Assembly: GCA_964396685.1 (NCBI GenBank)
Contig: CAYNFS010000001.1
Coordinates: 16,638-80,637 of the forward strand
Reading direction: 5' to 3'
Source of the DNA: an uncultured Candidatus Saccharibacteria bacterium
Lineage (GTDB): Bacteria; Patescibacteriota; Doudnabacteria; UBA920; 2-01-FULL-46-14
Length of the DNA: 64,000 nucleotides
Made by a program: the position numbers and the translations under genes. The notes beneath the pieces are model-generated. The model did not search any database. It worked only from the letters and a program-made list of their open reading frames with translations, and was not told the origin of the DNA. Positions 38,204 through 48,293 of this stretch are shown here, in pieces (position 1 is the first letter of the stretch; every line of letters begins with the position of its first letter).

Positions 38204-40009
38204 TTAAATCTCCCGCAAATGATAAACTTTGAAAAAGTAAGAATCTTTATCCGACAAAAGTTGCCTCGGTTCTCCCTGCTCCACGATCACGCCCTTTTCC
38301 AGAGAGATTAACCGGTCGGTATTCAAAACAGTAGACAGCCGGTGGGCAATCACCAATATGGTAATCTTGCCTTTGAGTTTTTGGATCGATTCCTGAATCC
38401 TTATCTCCGATTCATTGTCCAGAGCGCTGGTCGCCTCATCCAAAATAAGCAACTGGGGGTGCCTAGCCAGAATGCGCGCGATGACTATGCGCTGCCGCTG
38501 TCCCGCGGACAACATGACGCCGCGCTCGCCGATTACCGTCTCAAATCCTTCCGGACGGCCGATGATAAAATCGTAAATATTCGCCTGTTTGGCCGCTTCA
38601 ATCATTGCCTCGTTGTTGATAGCGTCATCATAAAATTTGATGTTGTTTGCGATGGTGTCGTTCATCAAAAAAATGTCCTGCGACACGTAACCGATATTCT
38701 GATACCACTCCCTAAGACCAATTTCGGCGATTTCGTGTCCGTCCAGCAAAATTTGACCCCGAGTCGGGGTCAAAAGTCTCAAAATCAAATCCACTAAGGT
38801 CGTCTTCCCCACTCCGGATGGGCCGATAAGGCCTACCATTTCTCCTTTTTTCAAAACAAAATTAATTTGCAACAAGACGGTTTTTCCCCCGTCATAGGCG
38901 AAATTAACATCTTGAAATTCCAAAGCGCGTTCGAAAATGAAAGGCCTCCCGCTTGACTCAATCTCGCGATGGCGGGAAGATTCTGCTTCATAGTTCAAAA
39001 CGCTCAAAACGTGGGGAACGGAATCATACGCCGTATGCAATGAACTTTGCAATGCCTGGAAATAAGTAAAAATTCGTTCGACCAAATAGATGATCACGGC
39101 CAAAGCGGCAAGATTGAAATTCGGAGATTGATAAAAAAAAGCAAAAATAAAGAGGATAAAAATAACGCCCAAAGGCAGAACAAATGCTCCACCCAATCCC
39201 TTCAGGAACGCTGCCCTGACATTCAGTTCTTTAAGCCTTCGAAAATAACGGCGTCCTTTTTCGGCAACACCGGCCTGCGCAAACAAAGTTTTGACGGTTT
39301 TGATTCCGGAAATATTTTCACTGACATGATGGGTTGCTTCTTTGGCCGTAACCGTTCGTTCGTAGGCTAGATGCTTAATTCTCGAAAATAACGGCTTGAT
39401 GAGGAACATAAACGCCCCGCCAAGAACCAAAGCAGTCAAACTAATCGGCAAAGATACGTTGAACGCCACGAACATATAAACCACCAAGCCTCCGAGCGTG
39501 CTCAGGACAATTGCGAATTGATTGAGCATGCCGCTGCTTGCCGGCACGTCATGCAGGAGTATGGTCTCGAGATAACCGGATTTTTGTTTCATAAGGTGCG
39601 GCCAATTGGCCATGAGAATTCCGTCAAACAGACGGTTGCGGAGTTGTTCTTCATACTCCGAAGTGATTCTGGCTCGAATGAAATTGAGCACCACGCCCAG
39701 AAACGCGCGAAAAATAAACAATGAGCCGATAAAGATCAACAAATAAGTTACAGAGAAATCAATCCCTAACAAACCGAACACCTTCGCGATCTGCCTGGAA
39801 AGAAAATCGCTCCCTCCGTTGCCGTCGCCGAACGCAAAAGAAAATAAAGGGATTAGGGCGGTAATGCCAATACCTTCCAAAAAACTGCTCACAAGACCCA
39901 ACAACGTAAGCAAAACAATCCGCCTCTTGTAAGGCCCGTAAGTTTTCCAAGCAAGCGTAAAGACCTTCATTACGCGATCCAAGTTCAGAAATTTGTCCAC
40001 TTTTACCAT
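38204..40009 (-). CDS. ABC transporter TMD-NBD (PglK/MsbA-like glycan flippase)
   Basis: Six TMs, GPSGVGKT, LSAGQRQR, LILDEATSALD and IAHRLST. Confidence 0.92.
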   Translation of the reverse strand: MVKVDKFLNLDRVMKVFTLAWKTYGPYKRRIVLLTLLGLVSSFLEGIGITALIPLFSFAFGDGNGGSDFLSRQIAKVFGLLGIDFSVTYLLIFIGSLFIFRAFLGVVLNFIRARITSEYEEQLRNRLFDGILMANWPHLMKQKSGYLETILLHDVPASSGMLNQFAIVLSTLGGLVVYMFVAFNVSLPISLTALVLGGAFMFLIKPLFSRIKHLAYERTVTAKEATHHVSENISGIKTVKTLFAQAGVAEKGRRYFRRLKELNVRAAFLKGLGGAFVLPLGVIFILFIFAFFYQSPNFNLAALAVIIYLVERIFTYFQALQSSLHTAYDSVPHVLSVLNYEAESSRHREIESSGRPFIFERALEFQDVNFAYDGGKTVLLQINFVLKKGEMVGLIGPSGVGKTTLVDLILRLLTPTRGQILLDGHEIAEIGLREWYQNIGYVSQDIFLMNDTIANNIKFYDDAINNEAMIEAAKQANIYDFIIGRPEGFETVIGERGVMLSAGQRQRIVIARILARHPQLLILDEATSALDNESEIRIQESIQKLKGKITILVIAHRLSTVLNTDRLISLEKGVIVEQGEPRQLLSDKDSYFFKVYHLREI

Positions 40010-40251
40010 GGATTGATTTTCTCCACGATCTTTCGTTTAAGTTTCATGTAGGCGCGTTCCACCTGTTTTTCAACTTCCGGAGAGACCAGTCGCAAAAGTT
40101 CCTTGCCCAGAATCCGGTATTGACCGCCGACTTTGTTGGCACGAATAAGACCGCGTTTCAGGAGTCTTTTGATCGTGCTTTCGCTGACTTTCAAAAGCTC
40201 TTGCGTTTCCGCGGTCGTATAAACGGCATTTTCTTTGATTTCTTGGTCCAT
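40003..40251 (-). CDS. Excisionase-like (HTH_17/MerR-type) DNA-binding protein heading the glycan operon
   Basis: YTTAETQELLKVSESTIKRLLKRGLIRANKVGGQYRI. Confidence 0.88.
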   Translation of the reverse strand: MDQEIKENAVYTTAETQELLKVSESTIKRLLKRGLIRANKVGGQYRILGKELLRLVSPEVEKQVERAYMKLKRKIVEKINPW

Positions 40252-40286
40252 TTTGTTTGGAGCACACAATGCAAAAACCTATTCAA

Positions 40287-40316
40287 ATGATAGCAAAAAG
40301 GGTCAAAAAGTGTCAA
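40287..40316 (-). promoter_or_regulatory. Promoter of the 10-40 kb operon, overlapped by 10-bp-phased direct repeats
   Basis: TTGACA-18 bp-TATCAT with an extended TG; repeats tagCAAAAAG/ggtCAAAAAG/tgtCAA. Confidence 0.7.
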
Positions 40317-40386
40317 GTCGTGCCAGAAACTCATATTTTCCGCTTAAATTAGGCAATACTAACAAATTTGATCTATCCGACTCCCG

Positions 40387-40427
40387 CCCCGTAGTGTCCC
40401 GACTTTGCGTCGGGACTACTACTGGGG
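40387..40427. repeat. Intergenic palindromic element
   Basis: CCCCGTAGT-GTCCCGAC-TTTGC-GTCGGGAC-TACTACTGGGG. Confidence 0.7.
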
Positions 40428-40500
40428 TCAAGAGGTATCAAAAAAATAGGCCCGTTTTGGCTTAAATAAGCTGAAAAGACTAACTTTACGCTCTAAAACC

Positions 40501-41187
40501 TTACTTCTTCACGAGATAGTGCTTGTTAGTTTCCGGGTAGTGGACAATGGTTTGGAATTTGCCTGCGAAAAATTCATCAATGGCTTTTGTGGCTCCGGGC
40601 CATTTGTCCTCACCCTCTGGATGAGCCTCTGTCGGCTGGATATCCTTGTATTCGTCAAAGCATACTACTCCGCCGGGCGACACCCTGTCCCAAAGATTCT
40701 GTAGAATATCCCGGTAAGAAACATAAAGGTCCGCATCAGCGTGCAGAAAAGCGATTTGCCTGTCAGTCGGGAAATTTGGAAGGCTCTTGTCAAAAAAGCC
40801 GGGCACTATCTGGATATTCAAATCAGGATACCACTTGCGAATCCCTGACGCCTCCAGTAAATCCAGAACTGCTTTTTGGTCAACTTTCCATTCTCCTTTT
40901 TGCGGGTTTCGAAAAGATTTGTCCTGCTTGCCAGGTTCTGGAAATCCCTCAAAAGAATCAAAGCCCCAAAGCATGCGGCGGGGCGGCCGAGCTTCTCTGC
41001 CGATTAAGTAAGCGAGCATCGCAAAAGTGGTACCCATTCCCACTCCGCACTCCACCACGTCACCCCGGATCTTTTTGATTTTTTCAAAAAGCGAGATGAA
41101 ATAGCGAAACTGTGCCATCCATCCTACAGGCACGGGAGAAGACGGGGTCCAATTCGGCAGATGTTTGGTCGGCTGTTTGGTTCTCAT
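40501..41187 (-). CDS. TylF/MycF-family O-methyltransferase
   Basis: GDVVECGV, GFDSFEGFP, LHADADLY and GGVVCFDEY. Confidence 0.92.
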   Translation of the reverse strand: MRTKQPTKHLPNWTPSSPVPVGWMAQFRYFISLFEKIKKIRGDVVECGVGMGTTFAMLAYLIGREARPPRRMLWGFDSFEGFPEPGKQDKSFRNPQKGEWKVDQKAVLDLLEASGIRKWYPDLNIQIVPGFFDKSLPNFPTDRQIAFLHADADLYVSYRDILQNLWDRVSPGGVVCFDEYKDIQPTEAHPEGEDKWPGATKAIDEFFAGKFQTIVHYPETNKHYLVKK

Positions 41188-41312
41188 AATAATGTACTAC
41201 GCGCGAATCAACCGAAAAATCACAAACTTTCTAATAACGAAACGGTCAATTACCAATTTTTTTTCCTTTTGTCGACAAGATAGCATTATTGAGGCTGCTG
41301 GTCAAACATTTG

Positions 41313-41345
41313 AAAAAAAGAAGCCGAAACGCAAAGCGTCTCGGC
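41313..41345 (-). terminator. Intrinsic terminator
   Basis: On the minus strand GCCGAGACGC-TTT-GCGTTTCGGC followed by TTCTTTTTTT. Confidence 0.75.
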
Positions 41346-41370
41346 AAACCGCAAGACAACCGAGGATGAT

Positions 41371-42234
41371 TCAAACAGTGGAGTCCTCTTCCAGCCCAGC
41401 ACGAATGCGATTCCTGATCTCCTCGACAAACCCGTCGAGGTGTGAATCAAAGTTCGCCTCCGCGCTGGCAAGAAGAATTCCGGCCAGTACTCGTTGCCCG
41501 ACATGCAAAGCGATCTCTGCCGCGTGCACGAGATAGGCTCCGGCATCTCCCGGAGACTCCGTCCACAGTCTTTCGGCTGAAGCCTCCAACAAACGGATGG
41601 CCTCGTTCGGACGCGCCGATGCGATGATGAGCGCCTTGCTGTAGTTGAAACGCGCTACTTCGGCATCATCCGGATGAAGCTTTGGCAGAAATGCCTCGAT
41701 TCTCTTCAGGCAGTCTTTCTTCTGCGCATCCGTGCCCCAGTTGCAAACTGTCCCGGCCAAACGGTGCAAGGCGAAACTCTCGGCCCGAAATCCCGCCACA
41801 GGATCAATCTCGGCGGCCATTTGGGCAAGCTCGATCGCTTCCTGCAAAAGCCGGATATTTTCGGCTACCCCTTCAGGATCCTCTTCGCCGTGCTCGGTTG
41901 GGTAGGAATAGACCATGGCCTGCATGGCCCGAAGCCGGCTTTTGGTCAAGAGGTCTGAAGGCAGAGATGCTGCCTCCTGGAAAATCTCCAAAGCCAGGGG
42001 TAAATCCCCGGCAAACCGCCTCACCCAGTCGCCGATGTTGGCAAGACACTCGGCTCGCAACTGCTTGTTGCTACCCGCTAACCGCAGGACAGCAAGAAAT
42101 ACTGACAATGCTTCTTCGGTCTGACCTCGCATCATGGCGGCGATAGCCGCCTGATTCTGGTCACGGACCAGCTGTTCAACCGTGACAGCGGCCTTAAGCG
42201 CGTCCCAAATCCGTTCACCTAACGTCTTGTTCAT
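41371..42234 (-). CDS. Hypothetical TPR-like alpha-helical protein
   Basis: Ala/Leu/Glu-rich helical repeats; own promoter (TTGACT-18-TATTAT, 42267-42296), GGAGG RBS and terminator. Confidence 0.75.
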   Translation of the reverse strand: MNKTLGERIWDALKAAVTVEQLVRDQNQAAIAAMMRGQTEEALSVFLAVLRLAGSNKQLRAECLANIGDWVRRFAGDLPLALEIFQEAASLPSDLLTKSRLRAMQAMVYSYPTEHGEEDPEGVAENIRLLQEAIELAQMAAEIDPVAGFRAESFALHRLAGTVCNWGTDAQKKDCLKRIEAFLPKLHPDDAEVARFNYSKALIIASARPNEAIRLLEASAERLWTESPGDAGAYLVHAAEIALHVGQRVLAGILLASAEANFDSHLDGFVEEIRNRIRAGLEEDSTV

Positions 42235-42315
42235 CAGTGCCCTCCGTTTCGAATTGACAACTAGGCATAATAACAAAGCCGGACGGTTTGAGTCAAGAGT
42301 TTGATGACGCGAATA

Positions 42316-42423
42316 TTATTTCCGCAGGGACTGATAAAGCAGGGAAAAAGCCGCGGCGGCAAGAAAGGCCGGGATAAAGGCCTGCGGATAAAAGTAAATC
42401 AGATTAAGCTCTTTTTTTATCAT
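42316..42423 (-). CDS. 35-aa hydrophobic small ORF or gene remnant
   Basis: MIKKELNLIYFYPQAFIPAFLAAAAFSLLYQSLRK; ATGA overlap with the GT4 stop. Confidence 0.45.
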   Translation of the reverse strand: MIKKELNLIYFYPQAFIPAFLAAAAFSLLYQSLRK

Positions 42424-43553
42424 TGCACGTCGCGGATAAATGCCAAAATTGAGGCCGCCCTTAAGTCCCAGGTGAATTTACGCGCTTTTGCTCTGGCCCT
42501 GGCCGAAATGCTCTCTCCCAACTTTTCGTCGCTCAACACCTTCTTGATTCCCCGAGCCAAGCTTTGCGCGTTGTCCGGCTCGACGAAAACAGCGCTTTCC
42601 TCGTCAAGGACTTCCCGGATGCTCGGCAAATCCGAAGCCACGATCGGCCGCCCGGAAGCCATGTATTCAAAAAGCTTCAAAGGCGAAATAAAATACGCAT
42701 AATGGTCATTCTGGGGAAACGACAACAAGAGCACATCAAAGGCTTTTTGGTACCAAGCCAGCTCGGATAATCCCACGCGACTCCTAAATTCCACCCAGTC
42801 TTTAACCCCCAAGCTTTCCGCCAATACTTTATACTCTTTGATATGCCGCGGCAAGCCGCCCACCGCGATGAATTGCACGTTCTTGTCAGAAAGCAGGGGC
42901 ATGGCGTGAAGAATCGTGCTAATTCCCTTCTCCATTTCATTGGTCTTGAGGCTTCCGGTGTAGCCTAAAATTACCTTATCAACCGGCAGACCAAGTTTTT
43001 GCCGCGCTTCCGTTTTTGACATCTTAAGATCAAACACCTTGAGATCCACCGCGTCCGGCGCCACGATGATCTTATCGGCGGGCATTCCGGCCGCCGCAAG
43101 ACGCTCGTTGATAAACCTCGTGGTCACCACGATTTTTCTCGCTCTCCCCCACACCGAGAGGTCGCGCTTCTTAATCTCGCGCGGCAGAGTGTGAGTTTCG
43201 AGAATGAAATCACGAAAAAACAGCCCGCTCATGTGCTCGCGGATATAGAGCACATCATAACCTCGAAAAGCGAGGTAAATCTTGGCAGAGAGTAAAAAGC
43301 TCAAACGCGAAAGCCAGCTGCCATATTTTGGAATGAGATTTACCAAATCTAGTGACCAGATTCTGGTAATCCGAAAATTGCGTTTGATCCCATAATATTC
43401 AAACGGATCGGTTTTGATCAGATTCTTGCGCCTCGACACAATCAATTCCACATTGTGGTTTGCTTGAGCAAACGCCTCGCACATTTTCATGATCTGATAG
43501 CCATGCGCCTTTTCCGTGGGCATCCTTACGCTTGCTAAATAAACTAGCCGCAC
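42420..43553 (-). CDS. GT4 glycosyltransferase
   Basis: MPTEKAHGYQIMKMCEAF and SPLKLFEYMASGRPIVASD. Confidence 0.93.
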   Translation of the reverse strand: MRLVYLASVRMPTEKAHGYQIMKMCEAFAQANHNVELIVSRRKNLIKTDPFEYYGIKRNFRITRIWSLDLVNLIPKYGSWLSRLSFLLSAKIYLAFRGYDVLYIREHMSGLFFRDFILETHTLPREIKKRDLSVWGRARKIVVTTRFINERLAAAGMPADKIIVAPDAVDLKVFDLKMSKTEARQKLGLPVDKVILGYTGSLKTNEMEKGISTILHAMPLLSDKNVQFIAVGGLPRHIKEYKVLAESLGVKDWVEFRSRVGLSELAWYQKAFDVLLLSFPQNDHYAYFISPLKLFEYMASGRPIVASDLPSIREVLDEESAVFVEPDNAQSLARGIKKVLSDEKLGESISARARAKARKFTWDLRAASILAFIRDVQ

Positions 43554-44200
43554 AAAATTTGGTTATATCCTTTAAGTTCTCTCGCTCTTTTCTCCGCATA
43601 TTTGAAGTCCGGATCAGGCATCGCAACAACATAAAAATGCGGATAAATCGGATCAAAAAGTTTGTCTAAAGTTTTATTGCCAAAATGAAAACCTCTGATT
43701 ACCCTAACCTTCCACCCCGCCCGCTCTACAGTCGTAAGGAGCGTGGCCTGGGTAAAAAAATTGATATGCGCACTGGCCAAACTGCCGCGAAATTTTTTTA
43801 AGCGCGATAATGACGCAATTTTTGGGACGCAAGGAACACCAAGGATTAAATTTCCTTCTGATTTCAGATAGCTTTTTATTTTAATCAAAAAATTATGAGG
43901 TGAATAAAGGTGCTCTAATAAATTATTTGAAAAAATTGCATCAAATTTTTCGGACAAGACAAAATCATCCGCTTCGATGTTCCCCAATCTGACGTCGAGC
44001 CCAAGACTTGTCCCGTACGATACTTCTTCAGGTATAATGGTGATGCCGGCGCTGCCTTTGCCGAAATGAATCAAGAACTCGCCGTAAGAACAGCCGATAT
44101 CGAGAACCGCCTTTTTATCCAAATCAAAAAGGCGTAAAATGTTTCGAAAAGTTTTTGAACGCGAAACATTTTTGAAGCGATTTGCTATTTCTTGGCTCAT
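43544..44200 (-). CDS. Class I SAM-dependent methyltransferase
   Basis: VLDIGCSYG and NLLEHL. Confidence 0.88.
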   Translation of the reverse strand: MSQEIANRFKNVSRSKTFRNILRLFDLDKKAVLDIGCSYGEFLIHFGKGSAGITIIPEEVSYGTSLGLDVRLGNIEADDFVLSEKFDAIFSNNLLEHLYSPHNFLIKIKSYLKSEGNLILGVPCVPKIASLSRLKKFRGSLASAHINFFTQATLLTTVERAGWKVRVIRGFHFGNKTLDKLFDPIYPHFYVVAMPDPDFKYAEKRARELKGYNQILCG

Positions 44201-44237
44201 GAACTAATAAATCTCATCCTTAGCATTTTATCAAAAT

Positions 44238-45263
44238 TCAAAAAACTTTGCCATGGTAAAGCTTAACCAATACGTTGGCGAACACTCCGCCGGCGACCGC
44301 GATTTTATCATAAGGAATTTTGGTTCCCGCGTTCCGCACGAGCTGCGTCAAGATTTCTTCCAATCTTTTTTGGGCGGCCGCGGCGACATCTTCGCGACTG
44401 GCCTCGCCCAAAAAAGTTTTCATTCGTTCCGGTTCATAGCTGGTCCAGTCTGGAATCAGCCTCAATTCGTCAAAAAATAAACTCTCTCGCGAATGAAATC
44501 TTAGGCCTTTGCAAAAAATTGCCTGCCTCATTTTGCCAATCAATTTATCCGGGTTGCCGCGAGCGGCAAGGCCGGTGGTTTTACCGCCGTGGCGGGTGCC
44601 TGAACGAAAACCGCAGGTTTTGGTGATACTGCCCCAAAAAGTACCGGCCGAATGGGGTAAAAAAGTTTTATCAATGATTGTAATTTTTCCCCGCTCTCCC
44701 CTGCTGACCGTGGAAGTGAGCAAATTGCCTGCGCCATCCACCGTTATAATCAAAGTGTTTTCCCACGGAGAGGTAAAATAAGCCGACGCGGCATGAGCCA
44801 AGTGATGATCTATGCAGGAAATTCTGGCCTTGGGAAAATTTTGCTTGATGAAATCCCGCCAATAGTATTTGAGCGTAAATTCTTCCTGCTCTTGATTTTG
44901 CGGTTTTGCCAATTTCTTAACATTTTTTTCTCTTACGATGATTCGCCATATTTGCTGATATGTGCGATACGACAAAAGACGGCCCCTTCGTTCCCGCCAG
45001 AGAAACTCTAGAAACCGCCCCACCTTTTGGACAAAAGTCAGGGTCGGCACCGCCACCCACGCGATTTGTTCGCGTCTGACACCCGTATAGTCAAGCATGG
45101 CTTGAATAGACATTGCCGGAAAATCCCCGTCCTGTTTTTTGCGCGAAAGCCGCTCCTCGTTCACGGCGAAGAGCACATTGCCTTCCATATCCAGCAAAGC
45201 CACCCCCGATTCGTGACAGCGCGATTTGAGCGGTAAATTGATTCCTAATATGTATCTTTTCAT
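44238..45263 (-). pseudogene. Carbamoyltransferase N-terminal domain only (probably truncated)
   Basis: EERLSRKK, DHHLAHAASAY, DGAG and AGGVFANV, then a stop 11 codons later; no C-terminal domain follows. Confidence 0.7.
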
Positions 45264-45979
45264 TTTATCGAAAAAAAGCGGCGAAGAATTTTTTTTGTGT
45301 ACCGCCAAAAACCCGGCAAATAATCCTCAATCCAGACGTCAGAGCCGCTTACTTTGCCTATTTCGCCAATAGCCGCGCGGTAAATGACAGAAGCTACTGT
45401 TCGAGGATTAGCGCCTTTTCCTCCCCCCATGCCGCTATTGGTCAAAGGTGGGTGCAGAGCTAAAATCCTCAAGGCGGGCCATTCTTTGGCCAAAGCCTGC
45501 GTCATGCCGCGAATGCCGAATTTTGCCGAACAATACGCGGCCAGATTTTTCTTGCCCAAGCGGCTCAAGTTGCTTCCGACATTGATCACAGCCTCTTGGA
45601 CCGCCGGCAAAAGCAAGCTCGTAAATTTCAAAGGTCCCAAAAGACTGACATTCACCTGCTGATCTATCTCCTCAAAACTTTGTTCGGACAATTTGCCTGA
45701 AACAAGTATTCCCGCATTGTTAACCAATATATCTATCCTCTCAAATTTGGCCATGATTTTTTGCGCGCACTCCCGGATACTGCCTTCATCCGAGAGATTA
45801 AGCCTCAACGCAAAAGCTTGAGGTGCGTCCAGCGCCAAGCAGTGTTTGACTACTTCTGCCACGCGCCCTTCCTCACGATGAAAAGTCAGCGCCAAGGCGC
45901 TGTCCCTTTTGGCAAACTCGTATGCCAGCTCCTCTCCGATTCCCCGGCTTGCCCCGGTTATTACGACAACTCTGCTCAT
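45260..45979 (-). CDS. Short-chain dehydrogenase/reductase
   Basis: TGASRGIG, NNAG and YCSAK. Confidence 0.93.
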   Translation of the reverse strand: MSRVVVITGASRGIGEELAYEFAKRDSALALTFHREEGRVAEVVKHCLALDAPQAFALRLNLSDEGSIRECAQKIMAKFERIDILVNNAGILVSGKLSEQSFEEIDQQVNVSLLGPLKFTSLLLPAVQEAVINVGSNLSRLGKKNLAAYCSAKFGIRGMTQALAKEWPALRILALHPPLTNSGMGGGKGANPRTVASVIYRAAIGEIGKVSGSDVWIEDYLPGFWRYTKKILRRFFSIK

Positions 45980-47205
45980 AACCCTTTGATTTTAACTGAT
46001 TGAATAATATCCGCAAGCTCATCAATTAACACTTCATAAGTATAATTTTGGAGCACGCGCTGCCGTCCCGCCTGCCCCAAACGATGGCGTAACGCCTCAT
46101 CCGACAAAAGTTTTACTGCCGCTTGCGCCAGCGTTTTGGCATCGGCCGGGGGCACGACCAAGCCGGTTTGGTTGTGCAAATTTATTTCCGGACCCCCACC
46201 CAAGCTGGTCGTGATTACTGGCAAGCCTGCGGCCATGGCTTCAATCGTGACCTGGCCGAAATGCTCAACCCAAGTGGAGGGGACAATCAAAGCGTCTACG
46301 GCATTCAGGTACTCCGGAAGTTTTTCAAACGGCTTAAGCCCCACAAGTTGCACGTGTTCACGAATGCCCAATTTTTCAATAAGCGCCTTCATTCTCTCAC
46401 TCTCTCCTCCGCCGCCAATAATAACCAGGTTGACGTCCGGAAATTTTGCGATAATGTCCGGCATGGCCTGAAGAAGATAACCAATGCCTTTTTCCGCAAA
46501 ATTTATTCGGCCGATGAAAAGCAAAACTTGCTCGCCACGAATACCCAATTGTTTCTTCCACAATAATTTATCATCGCGCGGGGCAAAAAGATCCGCCTCA
46601 ATGCCAACTGACCAGACTGCGACTTTCTTTGCCACAACACCCAGAGGCCTTTCGGCTTCGGCCGCGGCACGACTCACAAATAATATTTTGGCGGCCTTTT
46701 CATAAATTGTCTTCGCAAACCGACGCTGATTTTTGCGATCCAAAACCCATTCCAAAAAAGGGATTTTGGCAGCGGGACGAGAAAGATGCCATTGCCAAGC
46801 CGTGATTTGTCGAAACATAAACGGAGCGCGCAGCCGGTCACAAATCTTGGCCACCGCAAAACCAGTCTCCCTAGCTTGCCAAACGAGAATCGCGTCATAC
46901 TTCACCGCTCTGTCCAATTTTAACACTGTCTTTCTGGTAGCCCAGAAATACCAAAGCCGCAGCGGTCGGGAAAGAAAAAACAATTTACGGCTATTCCAAA
47001 GCGGGGGGTAGTATCGACAAACCTTCACTCCGCCGACATCTATGCTGCCCTTCTTGAAAAAAGACAGCCACGGCGCCGCCACCAGAACTTCGTGTCCCGA
47101 AGCCGCAAGCCTGCGCATCATTTCTATAAAGTAATGATAGGTGCCCAAGTGTCGCCCCAGCTCTTCCTCCGTTCCAAATTTGTAAGCGACAACGAGAAGC
47201 TTCAT
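45976..47205 (-). CDS. GT4 glycosyltransferase
   Basis: FIGRINFAEKG and EHFGQVTIEAMAAG. Confidence 0.93.
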   Translation of the reverse strand: MKLLVVAYKFGTEEELGRHLGTYHYFIEMMRRLAASGHEVLVAAPWLSFFKKGSIDVGGVKVCRYYPPLWNSRKLFFLSRPLRLWYFWATRKTVLKLDRAVKYDAILVWQARETGFAVAKICDRLRAPFMFRQITAWQWHLSRPAAKIPFLEWVLDRKNQRRFAKTIYEKAAKILFVSRAAAEAERPLGVVAKKVAVWSVGIEADLFAPRDDKLLWKKQLGIRGEQVLLFIGRINFAEKGIGYLLQAMPDIIAKFPDVNLVIIGGGGESERMKALIEKLGIREHVQLVGLKPFEKLPEYLNAVDALIVPSTWVEHFGQVTIEAMAAGLPVITTSLGGGPEINLHNQTGLVVPPADAKTLAQAAVKLLSDEALRHRLGQAGRQRVLQNYTYEVLIDELADIIQSVKIKGL

Positions 47206-48293
47206 AGACTAAATTCCTCAATGATTTTTTTCACCAGATTATTCAAATCATGTTCTCTGGCCACCCAGTCTCGCAATTTCTTTGCGAGTGTATGTTTTTC
47301 AGATACCGGAAGATTTTTCATTTGGACTATTCTCACGGCCAGTTCTTCCGGCCTGTCTCTTTGAAAAAAAAGAAGCGAAGATATTTCCCCGAGTGGTTTG
47401 GCAAACGCTTCATTCGAGGTCAAAACCGGAATCCCGCAGGCCGCCGCTTCCAGCACCGTTTTGTCAATACTGCCGGTCTGGCTTAAATTCACAAATAAAT
47501 CCGCTTCCTGATACGCTTCATCAGCATACTCATAGTTCAGCTCGCCTTGGAATTTGACGATCCCCTCCAGATCAGCATTATGAATAAATTCAATCAGAGA
47601 ATCTAGATAGCTCTGATGCTCCGGCAGGCCGATTTTGCCGTAAATTTCAACCACAAAATCCTTAATTTGTTTCTCGTAATATAAAATTTGCGCGGCTTTA
47701 ACGAGAGTTTCATAATCCTTCACAGGCGAAATCCGGCCAATACTTAGTATTTGGAATTTGACCCCCTCTCTTTCTCCCCCTGTCCGCTTGAGGCGGATAG
47801 GGGGAGATGAAGTGGGGGTAAATTTTTCTATATCAATCCCGTGCCCCACCACTTTCACTTTCTTTGACGGCATTCTGAAACTCTCTTTTGACGCCGTAAA
47901 AACCGTATCAACCAAAGCATGAGCGATTTTTAATTTCCAATCTACTGCCTTGTGCGTGTACCATAAAATTATTTTTTTGCCGAAAATTTTGGCTGGCAGC
48001 CAAGCGATGATCGCGTAAAAAGGATGCATGTGCACAAAAAAGCCGTCAGTTTTTTGGGCTAACCTAAAAGCTATAAGCCATAAGCTACAAGCTTGTCTTA
48101 TTTTCCCATACCCCTTCTCTTTGCCGAAAGAATAAACCTCGATATTCGAAGCCAAACCAGAAGTGTCGCCTTTTTCTTGGCAGATGACATAGAGTTTTTC
48201 CAACCTTGCCGCGAGATTGTTAAGCCAGCCAAACACAAACCCCGTTAGCGAATCTCCTCTATCAACTTTTCTGGTTATAAAAACTAACCCCAT
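47202..48293 (-). CDS. GT4 glycosyltransferase with an in-frame palindrome
   Basis: GHGID, SIGRISPVKD and GSIDKTVLEAAACG. Confidence 0.92.
   Translation of the reverse strand: MGLVFITRKVDRGDSLTGFVFGWLNNLAARLEKLYVICQEKGDTSGLASNIEVYSFGKEKGYGKIRQACSLWLIAFRLAQKTDGFFVHMHPFYAIIAWLPAKIFGKKIILWYTHKAVDWKLKIAHALVDTVFTASKESFRMPSKKVKVVGHGIDIEKFTPTSSPPIRLKRTGGEREGVKFQILSIGRISPVKDYETLVKAAQILYYEKQIKDFVVEIYGKIGLPEHQSYLDSLIEFIHNADLEGIVKFQGELNYEYADEAYQEADLFVNLSQTGSIDKTVLEAAACGIPVLTSNEAFAKPLGEISSLLFFQRDRPEELAVRIVQMKNLPVSEKHTLAKKLRDWVAREHDLNNLVKKIIEEFSL
47761..47819. repeat. C5/G5 palindromic element, copy A (in frame)
   Basis: ACCCCCTCTCTTTCTCCCCC-19 nt hairpin-GGGGGAGATGAAGTGGGGGT. Confidence 0.9.
48061..48095. 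repeat. Degenerate heptamer repeat (AAGCTAT-like)x5 in a GT4
   Basis: AACCTAA AAGCTAT AAGCCAT AAGCTAC AAGCTTG. Confidence 0.65.

Noticed and set aside
40003-40251. Prophage or ICE excisionase
   Set aside because: No integrase, att site or phage genes; it is translationally coupled to the flippase.
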